Shown in pieces: positions 49,639-63,677 of a DNA stretch of 64,000 nucleotides (the stretch's first letter is position 1; every line of letters starts with the position of its first letter). Made by a program: the position numbers and the translations under genes. The stretch covers positions 51,212,001 through 51,276,000 of the forward strand of contig NC_091999.1 of assembly GCF_044704955.1 (NCBI RefSeq), read 5' to 3'. The notes under the pieces are model-generated. The model saw only the letters and a list, made by a program, of their open reading frames with translations, did not search any database and was not told the DNA's origin. This DNA is from Pristiophorus japonicus. Its lineage: Eukaryota.

Positions 49639-50833
49639 ACTGATGCGCATGGGTTTTGTCAATGCAATATTCGAGCTGTGAATAGAACTGGACACCATGA
49701 AAAGTCGACAGACACATTGCGAGACAGCGTCAAACCGACAAACAGGGAGAGACAGACAGCGAGATCGAGACAACGAGAGACAGCAAGTGTGAGACTGAAA
49801 ACGAGAGGCAGATGGGTGAGAAAAAGACTCTCAAACACATACATCTAAAGAGATCTGTGTGTGTGATCTATAAAGAGAAAGAGGGAAAGAGTGAGAGAAA
49901 GACAATCATAAAGAAAGTGACAAGGAGAGAGACAGATGGAGAGAGAGCGACAGATAGACAGAGAGACAAAGAAATAAAAAGAAAATGTTGGAAATTCTCA
50001 GCAGGGTAGAGACAGGAACTACCAGCGACAGGCAAAGAGAGACAGGCAGGCAGAGACACAGATAGACAGAGATGATGGGAAAGAGTGAGACAGTCAGACA
50101 GAGAGACTGAGAGAATCCCATTGGAACACAACTGGACACCGTGAGAAAGAGACAGGCACATTGAGAGACAGAGACAAACAGCGAAACAGGGAGAAACAGA
50201 GAGCGAGGTAGAGACAGAGAGAGACAGAAAGTTTGAGACTGAGAGTTAGGGTCAGACTGAGTGAGGCAAAGACTCAAACACATACATATACAGAGATGTG
50301 TTTGTGTGATTTATAAAGAGATGGTGGGAAAGAGTGAGAGAAAGACAGGGACAAGGAGAGAGACAAAGAGGGAGACAGATAGAGAGAAAGATAAATAGAG
50401 AGAGAGAGACATAGAGACAAAAACAGAAAATGATGGAAATACTCATCAGGTTAGAGACAGGGACGAGCAGAGACAGGCAAAGACAGAGATGATGGGAAAG
50501 AACGAGACAGTCAGACAGAGAGTATGACAGAATCCCATTGGAACACAACTGGATACCGTGTGAAGGAGACAGATTGAGAGACAGAGAGAAACAGAGAAAC
50601 AGGGACAGACAGAGTGAATCAGAGAGAGGCAGACTGAGAGAGACAAAGACTCAAACACACAAATACATATACAGCTCTCTAAAGAGAGAGCGAGAGGCAG
50701 AGTCTGAGCGATACAGATACATTTCACAATTTCATTTCATTATCTGCTCAGATTGTCACCGAGTTGAAGAAAAATGGAAATGCAACAGATATCACTGAAC
50801 AGAATGGGAGAAATCACTGTTTAATTAAGCAAT

Positions 50834-50916
50834 TGCCAGGAGTGGGTTTCGAACCCACGCGGATATAAACTCATTGGATTTTAAGGCCAACGCCTTAACC
50901 ACTCGGCCATCCTGGT
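50834..50916 (-). tRNA. tRNA-Leu(TAA), probably defective
   Basis: Same variant as 42060-42142. Confidence 0.6.
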
Positions 50917-51670
50917 GCCGTCAGCAATTGGATTCTGTTTATGTGAGAATCTGGGCTTCAACTCCACCTCCACAGACACACACAAACACATCGGGTTTCA
51001 GGGAGCATTTCCGAACATTTTTCGGAATATTGACACGGGGGCAACTCTCCTATTCTTTTTCGAGTACTGCTCTGGGACCTCTCACAACCACCCGAGTGCG
51101 CAGACGGAGCTTCAATTTAACATTTCATCCGAAAGTCAACAGTTTCAACAATGCAAAATTCCCCAAGTGCTGCAGTTGTGTGTTAGCCAAGATTTTTGCT
51201 CAAGTCTCAGGAGTGCGACTTGAACACACAAACTCCTGATTCAGTCAAGAATGCTGCCACTGAACCAAAGCTTAGACAAAAGTTTACAGCCATAATACAT
51301 TCCCCAAGTCTTTTTTTTAAGTTCCAGTACATACCAAACTCATGGTGATGATTTCCACAGACAGTTGCACATACACATAGACGTTTTTACAGATATACAG
51401 ACACAGAGACACACACACAAAAATGTACACGCACCAACGGACATGCACAGATGCCTTAGACATCTTGAGGGATAGACAGGCTGAATCACTGTCGCAACTT
51501 TGTCTGATTTTTGCGATTTTCTATCCGTATGTATCGTGAGAATTGCAGATTAATGAAAGAAAGAAAACAGCGGCGGCATTGAAAGGTGTGGGACGTTGTC
51601 CCGTCTATCTCAGAATCAGTTTTGCAGGGACCTGATTAAGTTGTCCAACAGAATGAAATATGCTGAGAAA

Positions 51671-51752
51671 CGGAGTTGGCAGAATTCAAATCGATGCGGG
51701 GAACCCCGAATAGGTTTTTCGTTTATGGCCTTAACCACTGGGCCACGACTGC
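51671..51752 (-). pseudogene. tRNA-Ser-derived pseudogene
   Basis: Similar to 42899-42980. Confidence 0.8.
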
Positions 51753-51959
51753 AGGCTCGCTGCCTTTTTAAATGTTACTCAGTTAAAACTCAACTATCCA
51801 TCTCTGTGCAGCAGACGGCCACAGAATCGTGAAAAAGTCACCGTTTGCTAAAAATCTGGAAGAGGCTGTATCTTTGCTGCTCTATATTGCTCTGGAACTT
51901 TTTAATATGAATCTATACCAAGAAACAGAAGCAAAATTCTGCCTTTTGTAAAATGCAGC

Positions 51960-52030
51960 CTCCCCGTTAGGGAATTGAACCGTGGTCTCCCGTGTGACAG
52001 GGGGGGATATTCACCACTTTCCCACGAGGA
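51960..52030 (-). pseudogene. tRNA-Asp(GTC) pseudogene
   Basis: Shared D-arm lesion. Confidence 0.85.
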
Positions 52031-53239
52031 ATTGATGCGCATGGGTTTTGTCAAAGCAATATTCGAGCTGTGAATAGATGTGGACACCATGAGAAGTCGA
52101 CAGACACATTGAGAGACAGAGACAAACCGACAAACAGGGAGAGACAGACAGCGAGATCGAGACAACGAGAGACAGCAAGTGTGAGACTGAAAACGAGAGG
52201 CAGACTGAGTGAGAAAAAGACTCTCAAACACATACATCTAAAGAGATTTGTGTGTGTGATCTATAAAGAGAAAGAGTGAAAGAGTGAGAGAAAGACAATC
52301 AAAAAGACAGTGACAAGGAGAGAGACAGATGGAGAGAGAGCGACAGATAGACAGAGAGACAAAGAAATAAAAAGAAAATGATGGAAATTCTCAGCAGGTT
52401 AGAGAGGGGAACTACCAGCGACAGGCAAAGAGAGACAGGCAGGCAGAGACATAGATAGACAGAGATGATGGGAAAGAGTGAGACAGTCAGACAGAGAGAA
52501 TGAGAGAATCCCATTGGAACACAACTGGACAACGTGAGAAAGAGACAGGCACATTGAGAGACAGAGACAAACAGTGAAACAGAGAGAAACAGACAGCGAG
52601 TTAGAGACAGAGAGAGACAGAAAGTTTGAGACTGTGAGGGAGGGTCAGACTGAGTGAGGCAAAGACTCAAACACATGCATATACAGAGATGTGTTTGTGT
52701 GATTTATAAAGAGAGGGAGGGAAAGATTGAGAGAAAGACAGGGACAAGGAGAGAGACAAAGAGGGAGACAGATAGAGAGAAAGATAAATAGAGAGAGAGA
52801 GACATCGAGACAAAAACAGAAAATGATGGAAATACTCATCAGGTTAGAGACAGGGACGAGCAGAGACTGGCAAAGACATAGATGATGGGAAAGAACGAGA
52901 CAGTCAGACAGAGAGTATGACAGAATCCCATTGGAACAGAACTGGATACCGTGTGAAGCAGACAGATTGAGAGACAGAGACAAACAGAGAAACAGGGAAA
53001 GACAGAGTGAATCAGAGAGAGGCAGACTGAGAGAGACAAAGACTCTCAAACACACAAATACATATACAGCTCTCGAAAGAGAGAGCGAGAGGCAGAGACT
53101 GATCGATACAGATACATTTCACAATTTCATTTCATTATCTGCTCAGATTGTCACCGAGCTACAGAAAAATGCAAATGCAACAGATGAAAATCAGTTATCA
53201 CTGAGCAGAATGGGAGAAATCACTGTTTAATTAAGTAAT

Positions 53240-53322
53240 TACCAGGAGTGGGGTTCGAACCCACGCGGATATAAACCCATTGGATTTTAAGCCCAACGCC
53301 TTAACCACTCGGCCATCCTGGT
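53240..53322 (-). tRNA. tRNA-Leu(TAA), near intact
   Basis: All stems pair (with G:U wobbles); loop CTTAAAA. Confidence 0.8.
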
Positions 53323-54076
53323 GCTGTCAGCAATTGGGTTCTGTCTATGTGAGAATCTGGGCTTCAACTCTACCTCCACAGACACACACAAATGCATCGG
53401 GTTTCAGGGAGTATTTCCGAACATTTTTCGGAATATTGACACGGGGGCAACTTTCATATTCTTTTTCGAGTAATGCTCTGGGACCTCTCACAACCACCCG
53501 AGTTCGCAGACGGAGCTTCAATTTAACATTACATCCGAAAGTCAACAGTTTCAACAATGCAAAATTCCCCAAATGCTGCAGTTGAGTGTTAGTCAAGATT
53601 ATATGCTCAAGTCACAGGAGTGCGACTTGAACACACAAACTCCTGATTCAGAAAATAATGCTGCCACTGAAGCAAAGCTGAGACAAATGTTCACAGCCAT
53701 ATTACTTTCCCAAGTCTTTTTTTTAAGTTCCAGGACATACCAAATTCATGGTGATGATTTCCACAGACAGTTGCACATACACATAGACATTTTTACAGAT
53801 AGACAGACACAGAGACACACACACAATAATGTACACGCACCAACGGACATGCACAGATGCCTTAGACATCTCGAGGGATAGACAGGCTGAATCACTGTCG
53901 CAACTTTGGCTGATGTTTGCGTATTTCTATCCGTATGTATCGTGAATATTGCAGATTAATGAATGAAAGAAAATAGCGGCGGCATTGAAAGGTGTGGGAC
54001 GTTGTTCCGTCTATCTCAGAATCAGTTTTGCAGGGACCTGGTTAAATTGTCAAACAGAATGAAATATGCTGAGAAA

Positions 54077-54158
54077 CGGAGTCGGCAGGATTCAAATCTC
54101 TGCAGGGAAACCCGAAAGGATTTTTAGTCTGTGGCCTTAACCAATGGGCCACGACTAC
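54077..54158 (-). pseudogene. tRNA-Ser-derived pseudogene (anticodon AAA)
   Basis: Degenerate Ser body. Confidence 0.8.
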
Positions 54159-54363
54159 TGGCTCGTGCCTTTTTTAATGTTACTCAGTTAAAACTAAACA
54201 TCCATCTCTGTGCAGCAGACGGCCACAGAATAGTGAAAAAGTCACCGTTTGCTAAAAACCTGGAAGAGGCTGTGTTTTTGCTGCTCTATATTGCTCTGGA
54301 ACTTTTTAATATGAATCTATATCAAAACACAGAAGCAAGATTCTGCCTTTTATAAAATGCAGC

Positions 54364-54434
54364 CTCCCCGTTAGGGAATTGAACCGTGCTCTCCCGTGTG
54401 ACAGGTGGGGATATTCACCACTGTCCCACGAGGA
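54364..54434 (-). pseudogene. tRNA-Asp(GTC) pseudogene
   Basis: Shared D-arm lesion. Confidence 0.83.
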
Positions 54435-55641
54435 ATTGATGGGCATGGGTTTTGTCAAAGCAATATTAGAGCTGTGAATAGAACTGGACACCATGAGAAG
54501 TCGACAGACACATTGCGAGACAGAGACAAACCGAAAAACAGGGAGAGACAGACAGCGAGATCGAGACAACGAGAGACAGCAAGTGTGAGACTGAAAACGA
54601 GAGGCTGACTGAGTGAGAAAAAGAATCCCAAACACATACATCTAACGAGATCTGTGTGTGTGATCTATAAAGAGAAAGTGGGAAAGAGTGAGAGAAAGAC
54701 AATCATAAAGACAGTGACAAGGAGAGAGACAGATGGAGAGAGAGCGACAGATAGACAGAGAGACAAAGAAATAAAAAGAAAATGTTGGAAATTCTCAGCA
54801 GGTTAGAGAGAGGAACTACCAGCGACAGGCAAAGAGAGACAGGCAGGCAGAGACATAGATAGACAGAGATGATGGGAAAGAGTGAGACAGTCAGACAGAG
54901 AGACTGAGAGAATCCCATTGGAACACAACTGGACAACGTGAGAAAGAGACAGGCACATTGAGAGACAGAGACAAACAGTGAAACAGAGAGAAACAGACAG
55001 CGAGGTAGAGACAGAGAGAGACAGAAAGTTTGAGACTGAGAGTTAGGGTCAGACTGAGTGAGGCAAAGACTCAAACACATACATATACAGAGATGTGTTT
55101 GTGTGATTTATAAAGAGAGGGAGGGAAAGAGTGAGAGAAAGACAGGGACAAGGAGAGAGACAAAGAGGGAGACAGATAGAGAGAAAGATAAATAGAGAGA
55201 GAGAGACATCGAGACAAAAACAGAAAATGATGGAAATACTCATCAGGTTAGAGACAGGGACGAGCAGAGACAGGCAAAGACATAGATGATGGGAAAGAAC
55301 GAGACAGTCAGACAGAGAGTATGACAGAATCCCATTGGAACAGAACTGGATACCATGTGAAGGAGACAGATTGAGAGACAGAGACAAACAGAGAAACAGG
55401 GACAGACAGAGTGAATCAGAGAGAGGCAGACTGAGAGAGACAAAGACTCAAACACACAAATACATATACAGCTCTCTAAAGACAGAGCGAGAGGCAGAGA
55501 CTGAGCGATACAGACACATTTCGCAATTTCATTTCATTATCTGCTCAGATTGTCACCGAGCTACAGAAAAATGCAAATGCAACAGATGAAAATCAGTTAT
55601 CACTGAGCAGAATGGGAGAAATCACTGTTTAATTCAGTAAT

Positions 55642-55724
55642 TACCAGGAGTGGGGTTCGAACCCACGCGGGTATAAACCCATTGGATCTTAAGCCCAACG
55701 GCTTAACCACTCGGCCATCCTGGT
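55642..55724 (-). tRNA. tRNA-Leu(TAA)
   Basis: One D-stem mismatch, otherwise canonical. Confidence 0.75.
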
Positions 55725-56478
55725 GCCGTCAGCGATTGGATTCTGCCTATGTGAGAATCTGGGCTTCAACTCCACCTCCACAGACACACACAAACACATC
55801 GGGTTTCAGGGAGGATTTCCGAACATTTTTCGGAATATTGACACGGGAGCAACTCTCCTATTCTTTTTCGAGGAATGCTCTGGGACCTCTCACAACCACC
55901 CGAGTGCGCAGACGGAGCTTCAATTTAACATTTCATCCGAAAGTCAACAGTTTCAACACTGCAAAATTCCCCAAGTGCTGCAGTTGAGTGTTCGCCAAGA
56001 TTATATGCTCAAGTCTCAGGAGTGCGACTTGAACACACAAACTCCTAATTCAGTCAAGAATGCTGCCACTGAACCAAAGCTGAGACAAAAGTTCACAGCC
56101 ATATTACTTTCCCAAGTCTTTTTTTTAAGTTCCAGGACATACCAAATTCATGGTGATGATTTCCACAGACAGTTGCACATACACATAGACATTCTTACAG
56201 ATAGACAGACACAGAGACATACACACATAAATTTACACGCACCAACGGACATGCAAAGATGCCTTAGACATCTCGAGGGATAGACATGCTGAATCATTGT
56301 CGCAACTTTGGCTGATTTTTGCGATTTTCTCTCCGTATGTATCGTGAATATTGCAGATTAATGAAAGAAAGAAAATAGCGGCGGCATTGAAAGGTGTGGG
56401 ACGTTGTTCCGTCTATCTCAGAATCAGTTTTGCAGGGACCTGGTTAAATTGTCAAACAGAATGAAATATGCAGAGAAA

Positions 56479-56559
56479 CGGAGTCGGCAGGATTCAAATC
56501 TATGCGGGGAAACCCGAATGGATTTTAGTCTGTGGCCTTAACCAATGGGCCACGACTAC
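56479..56559 (-). pseudogene. tRNA-Ser-derived pseudogene
   Basis: 1-nt deletion in the anticodon loop and a broken B box. Confidence 0.8.
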
Positions 56560-56764
56560 TGGCTCGTGCCTTTTTAAATGTTACTCAGTTAAAACTTAAC
56601 CATTCATCTCTGTGCAGCAGACGGCAACAGAATAGTGAAAAAGTCACCGTTGCTAAAAATCTGGAAGAGGCTGTATTTTTGCAGCTCGATATTGCTCTGG
56701 AACTTTTTAATATGAATCTATACCAAGAAACATAAGCAAAATTCTGCCTTTTGTAAAATGCAGC

Positions 56765-56835
56765 CTCCCAGTTAGGGAATTGAACCGTGGTCTCCCGTGT
56801 GACAGGCGGGGATATTCACCACTTTCCCACGAGGA
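56765..56835 (-). pseudogene. tRNA-Asp(GTC) pseudogene
   Basis: Shared D-arm lesion. Confidence 0.85.
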
Positions 56836-58044
56836 ATTGATGCGCATGGGTTTTGTCAAAGCAATATTCGAGCTGTGAATAGAACTGGACACCATGAGAA
56901 GTCGACAGAAACATTGCGAGACAGAGACAAACCGACAAACAGGGAGAGACAGACAGCGAGATCGAGACAACGAGAGACAGCAAGTGTGAGACTGAAAACG
57001 AGAGGCAGACTGAGTGAGAAAAAGACTCTCAAACACATACATCTAAATAAATCTGTGTGTGTGATCTATAAAGAGAAAGAGGGAAAGAGTGAGATAAAGA
57101 CAATCATAAAGAAAATGACAAGGAGAGAGACAGATGGAGAGAGAGCGACAGATAGACAGAGAGACAAAGAAATAAAAAGAAAATGTTGGAATTTCTCAGC
57201 AGGTTAGAGAGGGGAACTACCAGCGACAGGCAAAGAGAGACAGGCAGGCAGAGACATAGATAGACAGAGATGATGGGAAAGAGTGAGACAGTCAGACAGA
57301 GAGACTGAGACAATCCCATTGGAACACAATTGGACACCGTGAGAAAGAGGCAGCCACATTGAGAGACAGAGACAAACAGCGAAACAGGGAGAAACAGACA
57401 GCGAGGTAGAGACAGAGAGAGACAGAAAGTTTGAAACTGTGATTGAGGGTCAGACTGAGTGAGGCAAAGACTCAAACACATACATATACAGAGATGTGTT
57501 TGTGTGATTTATAAAGAGAGGGAGGGAAAGATTGAGAGAAAGACAGGGACAAGGAGAGAGACAAAGAGGGAGACAGATAGAGAGAAAGATAAATAGAGAG
57601 AGAGAGACATCGAGACAAAAACAGAAAATGATGGAAATACTCATCAGGTTAGAGACAGGGACGAGCAGAGACAGGCAAAGACATAGATGATGGGAAAGAA
57701 CGAGACAGTCAGACAGAGAGTATGACAGAATCCCATTGGAACAGAACGGGATACCGTGTGAAGCAGACAGATTGAGAGACAGAGACAAACAGAGAAACAG
57801 GGAAAGACAGAGTGAATCAGAGAGAGGCAGACTGAGAGAGACAAAGACTCTCAAACACACAAATACATATACAGCTCTCGAAAGAGAGAGCGAGAGGCAG
57901 AGACTGAACGATGCAGATACATTTCACAATTTCATTTCATTATCTGCTCAGATTGTCACCGAGCTACAGAAAAATGCAAATGCAACAGATGAAAATCAGT
58001 TATCACTGAGCAGAATGGGAGAAATCACTGTTTAATTAAGTAAT

Positions 58045-58127
58045 TACCAGGAGTGGGGTTCGAACCCACGCGGGTATTAAACCATTGGATCTTAAGCCCA
58101 ACGCCTTTACCACTCGGCCATCCTGGT
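58045..58127 (-). tRNA. tRNA-Leu(TAA)
   Basis: Canonical apart from D-loop and variable-arm substitutions. Confidence 0.75.
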
Positions 58128-58881
58128 GCCGTCAGCGTTTGGATTCTGTCTGTGTGAGAATCTGGGCTTCAACTCCACCTCCACAGACACACACAAACAC
58201 ATCGGGTTTCAGAGAGCATTTCCGAACATTTTTCGGAATATTGACACGGGGGCAACTCTCCTATTCTTTATCGAGCAATGCTCTGGAACCTCACACAACC
58301 ACCCGAGTGCGCAGACGGAGCTTCAATTTAACATTTCATCCGAAAGTCAACAGGTTCAACAATGCAAAATTCCCCAAGTGCTGCAGTTGAGAGTTAGCCA
58401 AGATTATATGCTCAAGTCTCAGGAGTGCGACTTGAACACAAAACTCCTGATTCAATCAAGTATGCTGCCACTGAACCAAAGCTGAGACTAAAGTTCACAG
58501 CCATATTACTTTCCCCAAGTCTTTTTTTTAAGTTCCAGGACATACCAAATTCATGGTCATGATTTCCACAGACAGTTGCTCATACACACAGACATTTTTA
58601 CAGATAGACAGACACAGAGACACACACACAAAAATGTACACGCACCAACGGACATGCACAGATGCCTTAGACATCTCGAGGGATAGACAGGCTGAATCAC
58701 TGTCGCAACTTTGGCTGATTTTTGCGATTTTCTATCCGTATGTTTCGTGAATATTGCAGATTAATGAAAGAAAGAAAACAGCGGCGGCATTGAAAGGTGT
58801 GGGACGTTGTCCCGTCTATCTTAGAATCAGTTTTGCAGGGACCTGATTAAATTGTCAAACAGAATGAAATATGCTGAGAAA

Positions 58882-58963
58882 CGGAGTTGGCAGAATTCAA
58901 ATCCATGCAGGGAAACCCGAATAGGTATTTCGTCTATGGTCTTAACCACTGGGCCACGACGAC
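58882..58963 (-). pseudogene. tRNA-Ser-derived pseudogene
   Basis: Degenerate Ser body. Confidence 0.78.
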
Positions 58964-59169
58964 TGGCTCGCTGCCTTTTTAAATGTTACTCAGTTAAAAT
59001 CAACTGTCCATCTCTGTGCAGCAGACGGCCACAGAATCGTGAAAAAGTCACCGTTTGCTAAAAATCTGGAAGAGGCTGTATTTTTGCTGCTCTATATTGC
59101 TCTGCAACTTTTTAATATGAATCTATACCAAGAAACAGAAGCAAAATTCTGCCTTTTGTAAAATGCAGC

Positions 59170-59240
59170 CTCCCCGTTAGGGAATTGAACCGTGGTCTCC
59201 CGTGTGACAGGTGGGCATATTCACCACTTTCCCACGAGGA
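59170..59240 (-). pseudogene. tRNA-Asp(GTC) pseudogene
   Basis: Shared D-arm lesion. Confidence 0.83.
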
Positions 59241-60453
59241 ATTGATGCGCATGGGTGTTGTCAAAGCAATATTCGAGCTGTGAATAGATCTGGACACCAT
59301 GAGAAGTCGACAGACACATTGCGAGACAGAGACAAACCGACAAACAGGGAGAGACAGACAGCGAGATCGTGACAACGAGAGACAGCAAGTGTGAGATTGA
59401 AAACGAGAGGCAGACTGAGTGAGAAAAAGACTCTCAAACACATACTTCTAAAGAGATCTGTGTGTGTGATCTATAAAGAGAAAGAGGGAAAGAGTGAGAG
59501 AAAGACAATCATAAAGAAAGTGACAAGGAGAGAGACAGATGGAGAGAGAGCGACAGATAGACAGAGAGACAAAGAAATAAAAAGAAAATGTTGGAAATTC
59601 TCAGCAGGTTAGAGACAGGAACTACCAGCGACAGGCAAAGAGAGACAGGCAGGCAGAGACATAGATAGACAGAGATGATGGGAAAGAGTGAGACAGTCAG
59701 ACAGAGAGATTGAGAGAATCCCATTGGAACACAACTGGACACCGTGAGAAAGAGACAGGCACATTGAGAGACAGAGAAAAACAGCGAAACAAGGAGAAAC
59801 AGACAGCGAGGTAGAGACAGAGAGAGACAGGAAGTTTGAGACTCAGAGTTAGGGTCAGACTGAGTGAGGCAAAGACTCAAACACATACATATACAGAGAT
59901 GTGTTTGTGTGATTTATAAAGAGAGGGAGGGAAAGAGTGAGAGAAAGACAGGGACAAGGAGAGAGACAAAGAGGGAGACAGATAGAGAAAAAGATAAATA
60001 GAGAGAGAGAGACATAGAGACAAAAACAGAAAATGATAGAAATACTCATCAGGTTAGAGACAGGGACGAGCAGAGACAGGCAAAGACAGAGATGATGGGA
60101 AAGAACGAGAGAGTCAGACAGAGAGTATGACAGAATCCCATCGGAACACAACTGGATACCGTGTGAAGGAGACAGATTGAGAGACAGAGACAAACAGAGA
60201 AACAGGGACAGACAGAGTGAATCAGAGAGAGGCAGACTGAGAGAGACAAAGACTCAAACACACAAATACATATACAGCTCTTTAAAGAGAGAGCGAGTGG
60301 CAGAGACTGAGCGATACAGATACATTTCACAATTTCATTTCATTATCTGCTCAGATTGTCACCGAGCTGGAGTAAAATGCAAATGCAAATGCAACAGATG
60401 AAAATCAGTTATCACTGAGCAGAATGGGAGAAATCATTGTTTAATTAAGTAAT

Positions 60454-60536
60454 TACCAGGAGTGGGGTTCGAACCCACGCGGTTATGAACCCATTGGATC
60501 TTAAGCCCAACGCCTTAACCGCTCGGCCATCCTGGT
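60454..60536 (-). tRNA. tRNA-Leu(TAA)
   Basis: Canonical apart from a D-loop T>C and one variable-arm mismatch. Confidence 0.78.
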
Positions 60537-61290
60537 ACCGTCAGCGATTGGATTCTGTCTATGTGAGAATCTGGGCATCAACTCCACCTCCACAGACACA
60601 CACAAACACATCGGGTTTCAGGGAGGATTTCCGAACATTTTTCGGAATATTGACACGGGGGCAACTCTCCTATTCTTTTTCGAATAATGCTCTGGGACCT
60701 CTCACAACCACCCGAGTGCGCAGACGGAGCTTCAATTTAACATTTCATCCGAAAGTCAACAGTTTCAACACTGCAAAATTCCCCAAGTGCTGCAGTTGAG
60801 TGTTCGCCAAGATTATATGCTCAAGTCTCAGGAGTGCGACTTGAACACACAAACTCCTGATTCAGTCAAGAATGCTGCCACTGAACCAAAGCTGAGACAA
60901 TAGTTCACAGCCATATTACTTTCCCAAGTCTTTTTTTTAATTTCCAGGACATACCAAATTCATGGTAATGATTTCCACAGACAGTTGCACATACACATAG
61001 ACATTTTTACAGATAGACAGACACAGAGACATACACACAAAAATTTACAGGCACCAACGGACATGCACAGATGCCTTAGACATCTCGAGGGATAGACATT
61101 CTGAATCATTGTCGCAACTTTGGCTGATTTTTGCGATTTACTATCCGTATTTATCGTGAATATTGCAGATTAATGAAAGAAAGAAAACAGCGGCGGCATT
61201 GAAAGGTGTGGGACGTTCTTCCGTCTATCTCAGAATCAGTTTTGCAGGGACCTGGTTAAATTGTCAAACAGAATGAAATATGCTGAGAAA

Positions 61291-61372
61291 CGGAGTCGGC
61301 AGGATTCAAATCTATGCGGGGAAACACGAATGGATTTTTAGTCTATGGCCTTAACCAATGAGCCACGACTAC
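61291..61372 (-). pseudogene. tRNA-Ser-derived pseudogene (anticodon AAA)
   Basis: Degenerate Ser body. Confidence 0.8.
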
Positions 61373-61577
61373 TGGCTCGTGCCTTTTTAAATGTTACTCA
61401 GTTAAAACTTAACCATCCATCTCTGTGCAGCAGACGGCAACAGAATAGTGAAAAAGTCACCGTTTGCTAAAAATCTGGAAGAGGCTGGATTTTTGCTGCT
61501 CTATATTGCTCTGGAACTTTTTAATATGAATCGAAACCAAGAAACAGAAGCAAAATTCTGCATTTGTTAAATGCAGC

Positions 61578-61648
61578 CTCCCCGTTGGGGAATTGAACCG
61601 TGGTCTCCCGTGTGACAGGCGGGGATATTCACCACTTTCCCACGAGGA
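61578..61648 (-). pseudogene. tRNA-Asp(GTC) pseudogene
   Basis: Shared D-arm lesion. Confidence 0.85.
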
Positions 61649-62840
61649 ATTGATGCGCATGGGTTTTGTCAAAGCAATATTCGAGCTGTGAATAGAACTG
61701 GACACCATGAGAAGTCGACAGACGCATTGCGAGACAGAGACAAACCGACAAACAGGGAGAGACAGACAGCGAGATCGAGACAACGAGAGACAGCAAGTGT
61801 GAGACTGAAAACGAGAGGCAGACTGAGTGAGAAAAAGACTCTCAAACATATACATCTAAATAAATCTGTGTGTGTGATCTATAAAGAGAAAGAGGGAAAG
61901 AGTGAGATAAAGACAATCATAAAGAAAGTGACAAGGAGAGAGACAGATGGAGAGAGAGCGACAGATAGACAGAGAGACAAAGAAATAAAAATAAAATGTT
62001 GGAAATTCTCAGCAGGTTAGAGACAGGAACTACCAGCGACAGGCAAAGAGAGACAGGCAGGCAGAGACATAGATAGACAGAGATGATGGGAAAGAGTGAG
62101 ACAGTCAGACAGAGACTGAGAGAATCCCATTGGAACACAACTGGACACCGTGAGAAAGAGACAGGCACATTGAGAGACAAAAGTAAACAGCAAAACAGTG
62201 AGAAACTGACAGCGAGGTAGAGACAGAGAGAGACAGAAAGTTTGAGACTGAGAGTTAGGGTCAGACTGAGTGAGGCAAAGACTCAAACACATATATATAC
62301 AGAGATGTGTTTGTGTGATTTATAAAGAGAGGGAGGGAAAGAGTGAGAGAAAGACAGGGACAAGGAGAGAGACAAAGAGGGAGACAGATAGAGAGAAAGA
62401 TAAATAGAGAGAGAGAGACATCGAGACAAAAACAGAAAATGATGGAAATACTCATCAGGTTAGAGACAGGGACGAGCAGAGACAGGCAAAGACAGAGATG
62501 ATGGGAAAGAACGAGACAGTCAGACAGAGAGTATGACAGAATCCCATTGGAACAGAACTGGATACCGTGTGAAGGAGACAGAGACAAACAGAGAAACAGG
62601 GACAGACAACATGAATCAGAGAGTGGCAGACTGAGAGAGACAAGACTCAAACACACAAATACATATACAGCTCTCGAAAGACAGAGCGAGAGGCAGAGAC
62701 TGAGCGATACAGACACATTTCGCAATTTCATTTCATCATCTGCTCAGATTGTCACCGAGCAACAGAAAAATGCAAATGCAACAGATGAAAATCAGTTATC
62801 ACTGAGCAGAATGGGAGAAATCACTGTTTAATTCAGTAAT

Positions 62841-62923
62841 TACCAGGAGTGGGGTTCGAACCCACGCGGGTATAAACCCATTGGATCTTAAGCCCAACGC
62901 CTTAACCACTCGGCCATCCTGGT
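62841..62923 (-). tRNA. tRNA-Leu(TAA), structurally intact
   Basis: ACCAGGATGGCCGAGTGGTTAAGGCGTTGGGCTTAAGATCCAATGGGTTTATACCCGCGTGGGTTCGAACCCCACTCCTGGTA; full 83-nt cloverleaf, variable arm GGGT/ACCC, discriminator A. Confidence 0.9.
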
Positions 62924-63677
62924 ACCGTCAGCGATTGGATTCTGTCTATGTGAGAATCTGGGCTTCAGCTCCACCTCCACAGACACACACAAACACATCG
63001 GGTTTCAGGGAGCATTTCCGGACATTTTTCGGAATATTGACACGGGGGCAACTCTCCTATTCTTTTTCGAGTAATGCTCTGGGACCTCCAACAACCACCA
63101 GAGTGCGCAGACGGAGCTTCAATTTAACATTTCATCCGAAAGTCAACAGTTTTAACAATGCAAAATTCCCCAAGTGCTGCAGTTGAGTGTTAGCCAAGAT
63201 TATATGCTCAAGTCTCAGGAGTGCGACTTGAACACACAAACTCCTGATTCAGTCAAGAATGCTGCCACTGAAACAAAGCTGAGACAAAAGTTCACAGCCA
63301 TATTACTTTCCCAAGTCTTTTTTTTAAGTTCCAGGACATACCAAATTCATGGTGATGATTTCCACAGACAGTTGCACATACACATAGACATTTTTACAGA
63401 TAGACGGACACAGAAACATACACACAAAAATTTACACGCACCAACGGACATGCACAGATGCCTTAGACATCTCGAGGGATAGACATGCTGAATCATTGTC
63501 GCAACTTTGGCTGATTTTTGCGATTTTCTATCCGTATGTATCGTGAATATTGCAGATTAATGAAAGAAAGAAAATAGCGGCGGCATTGAAAGGTGTGGGA
63601 CGCTGTTCCATCTATCTCAGAATCAGTTTTGCAGGGACCTGGTTAAATTGTCAAACAGAATGAAATATGCTGAGAAA

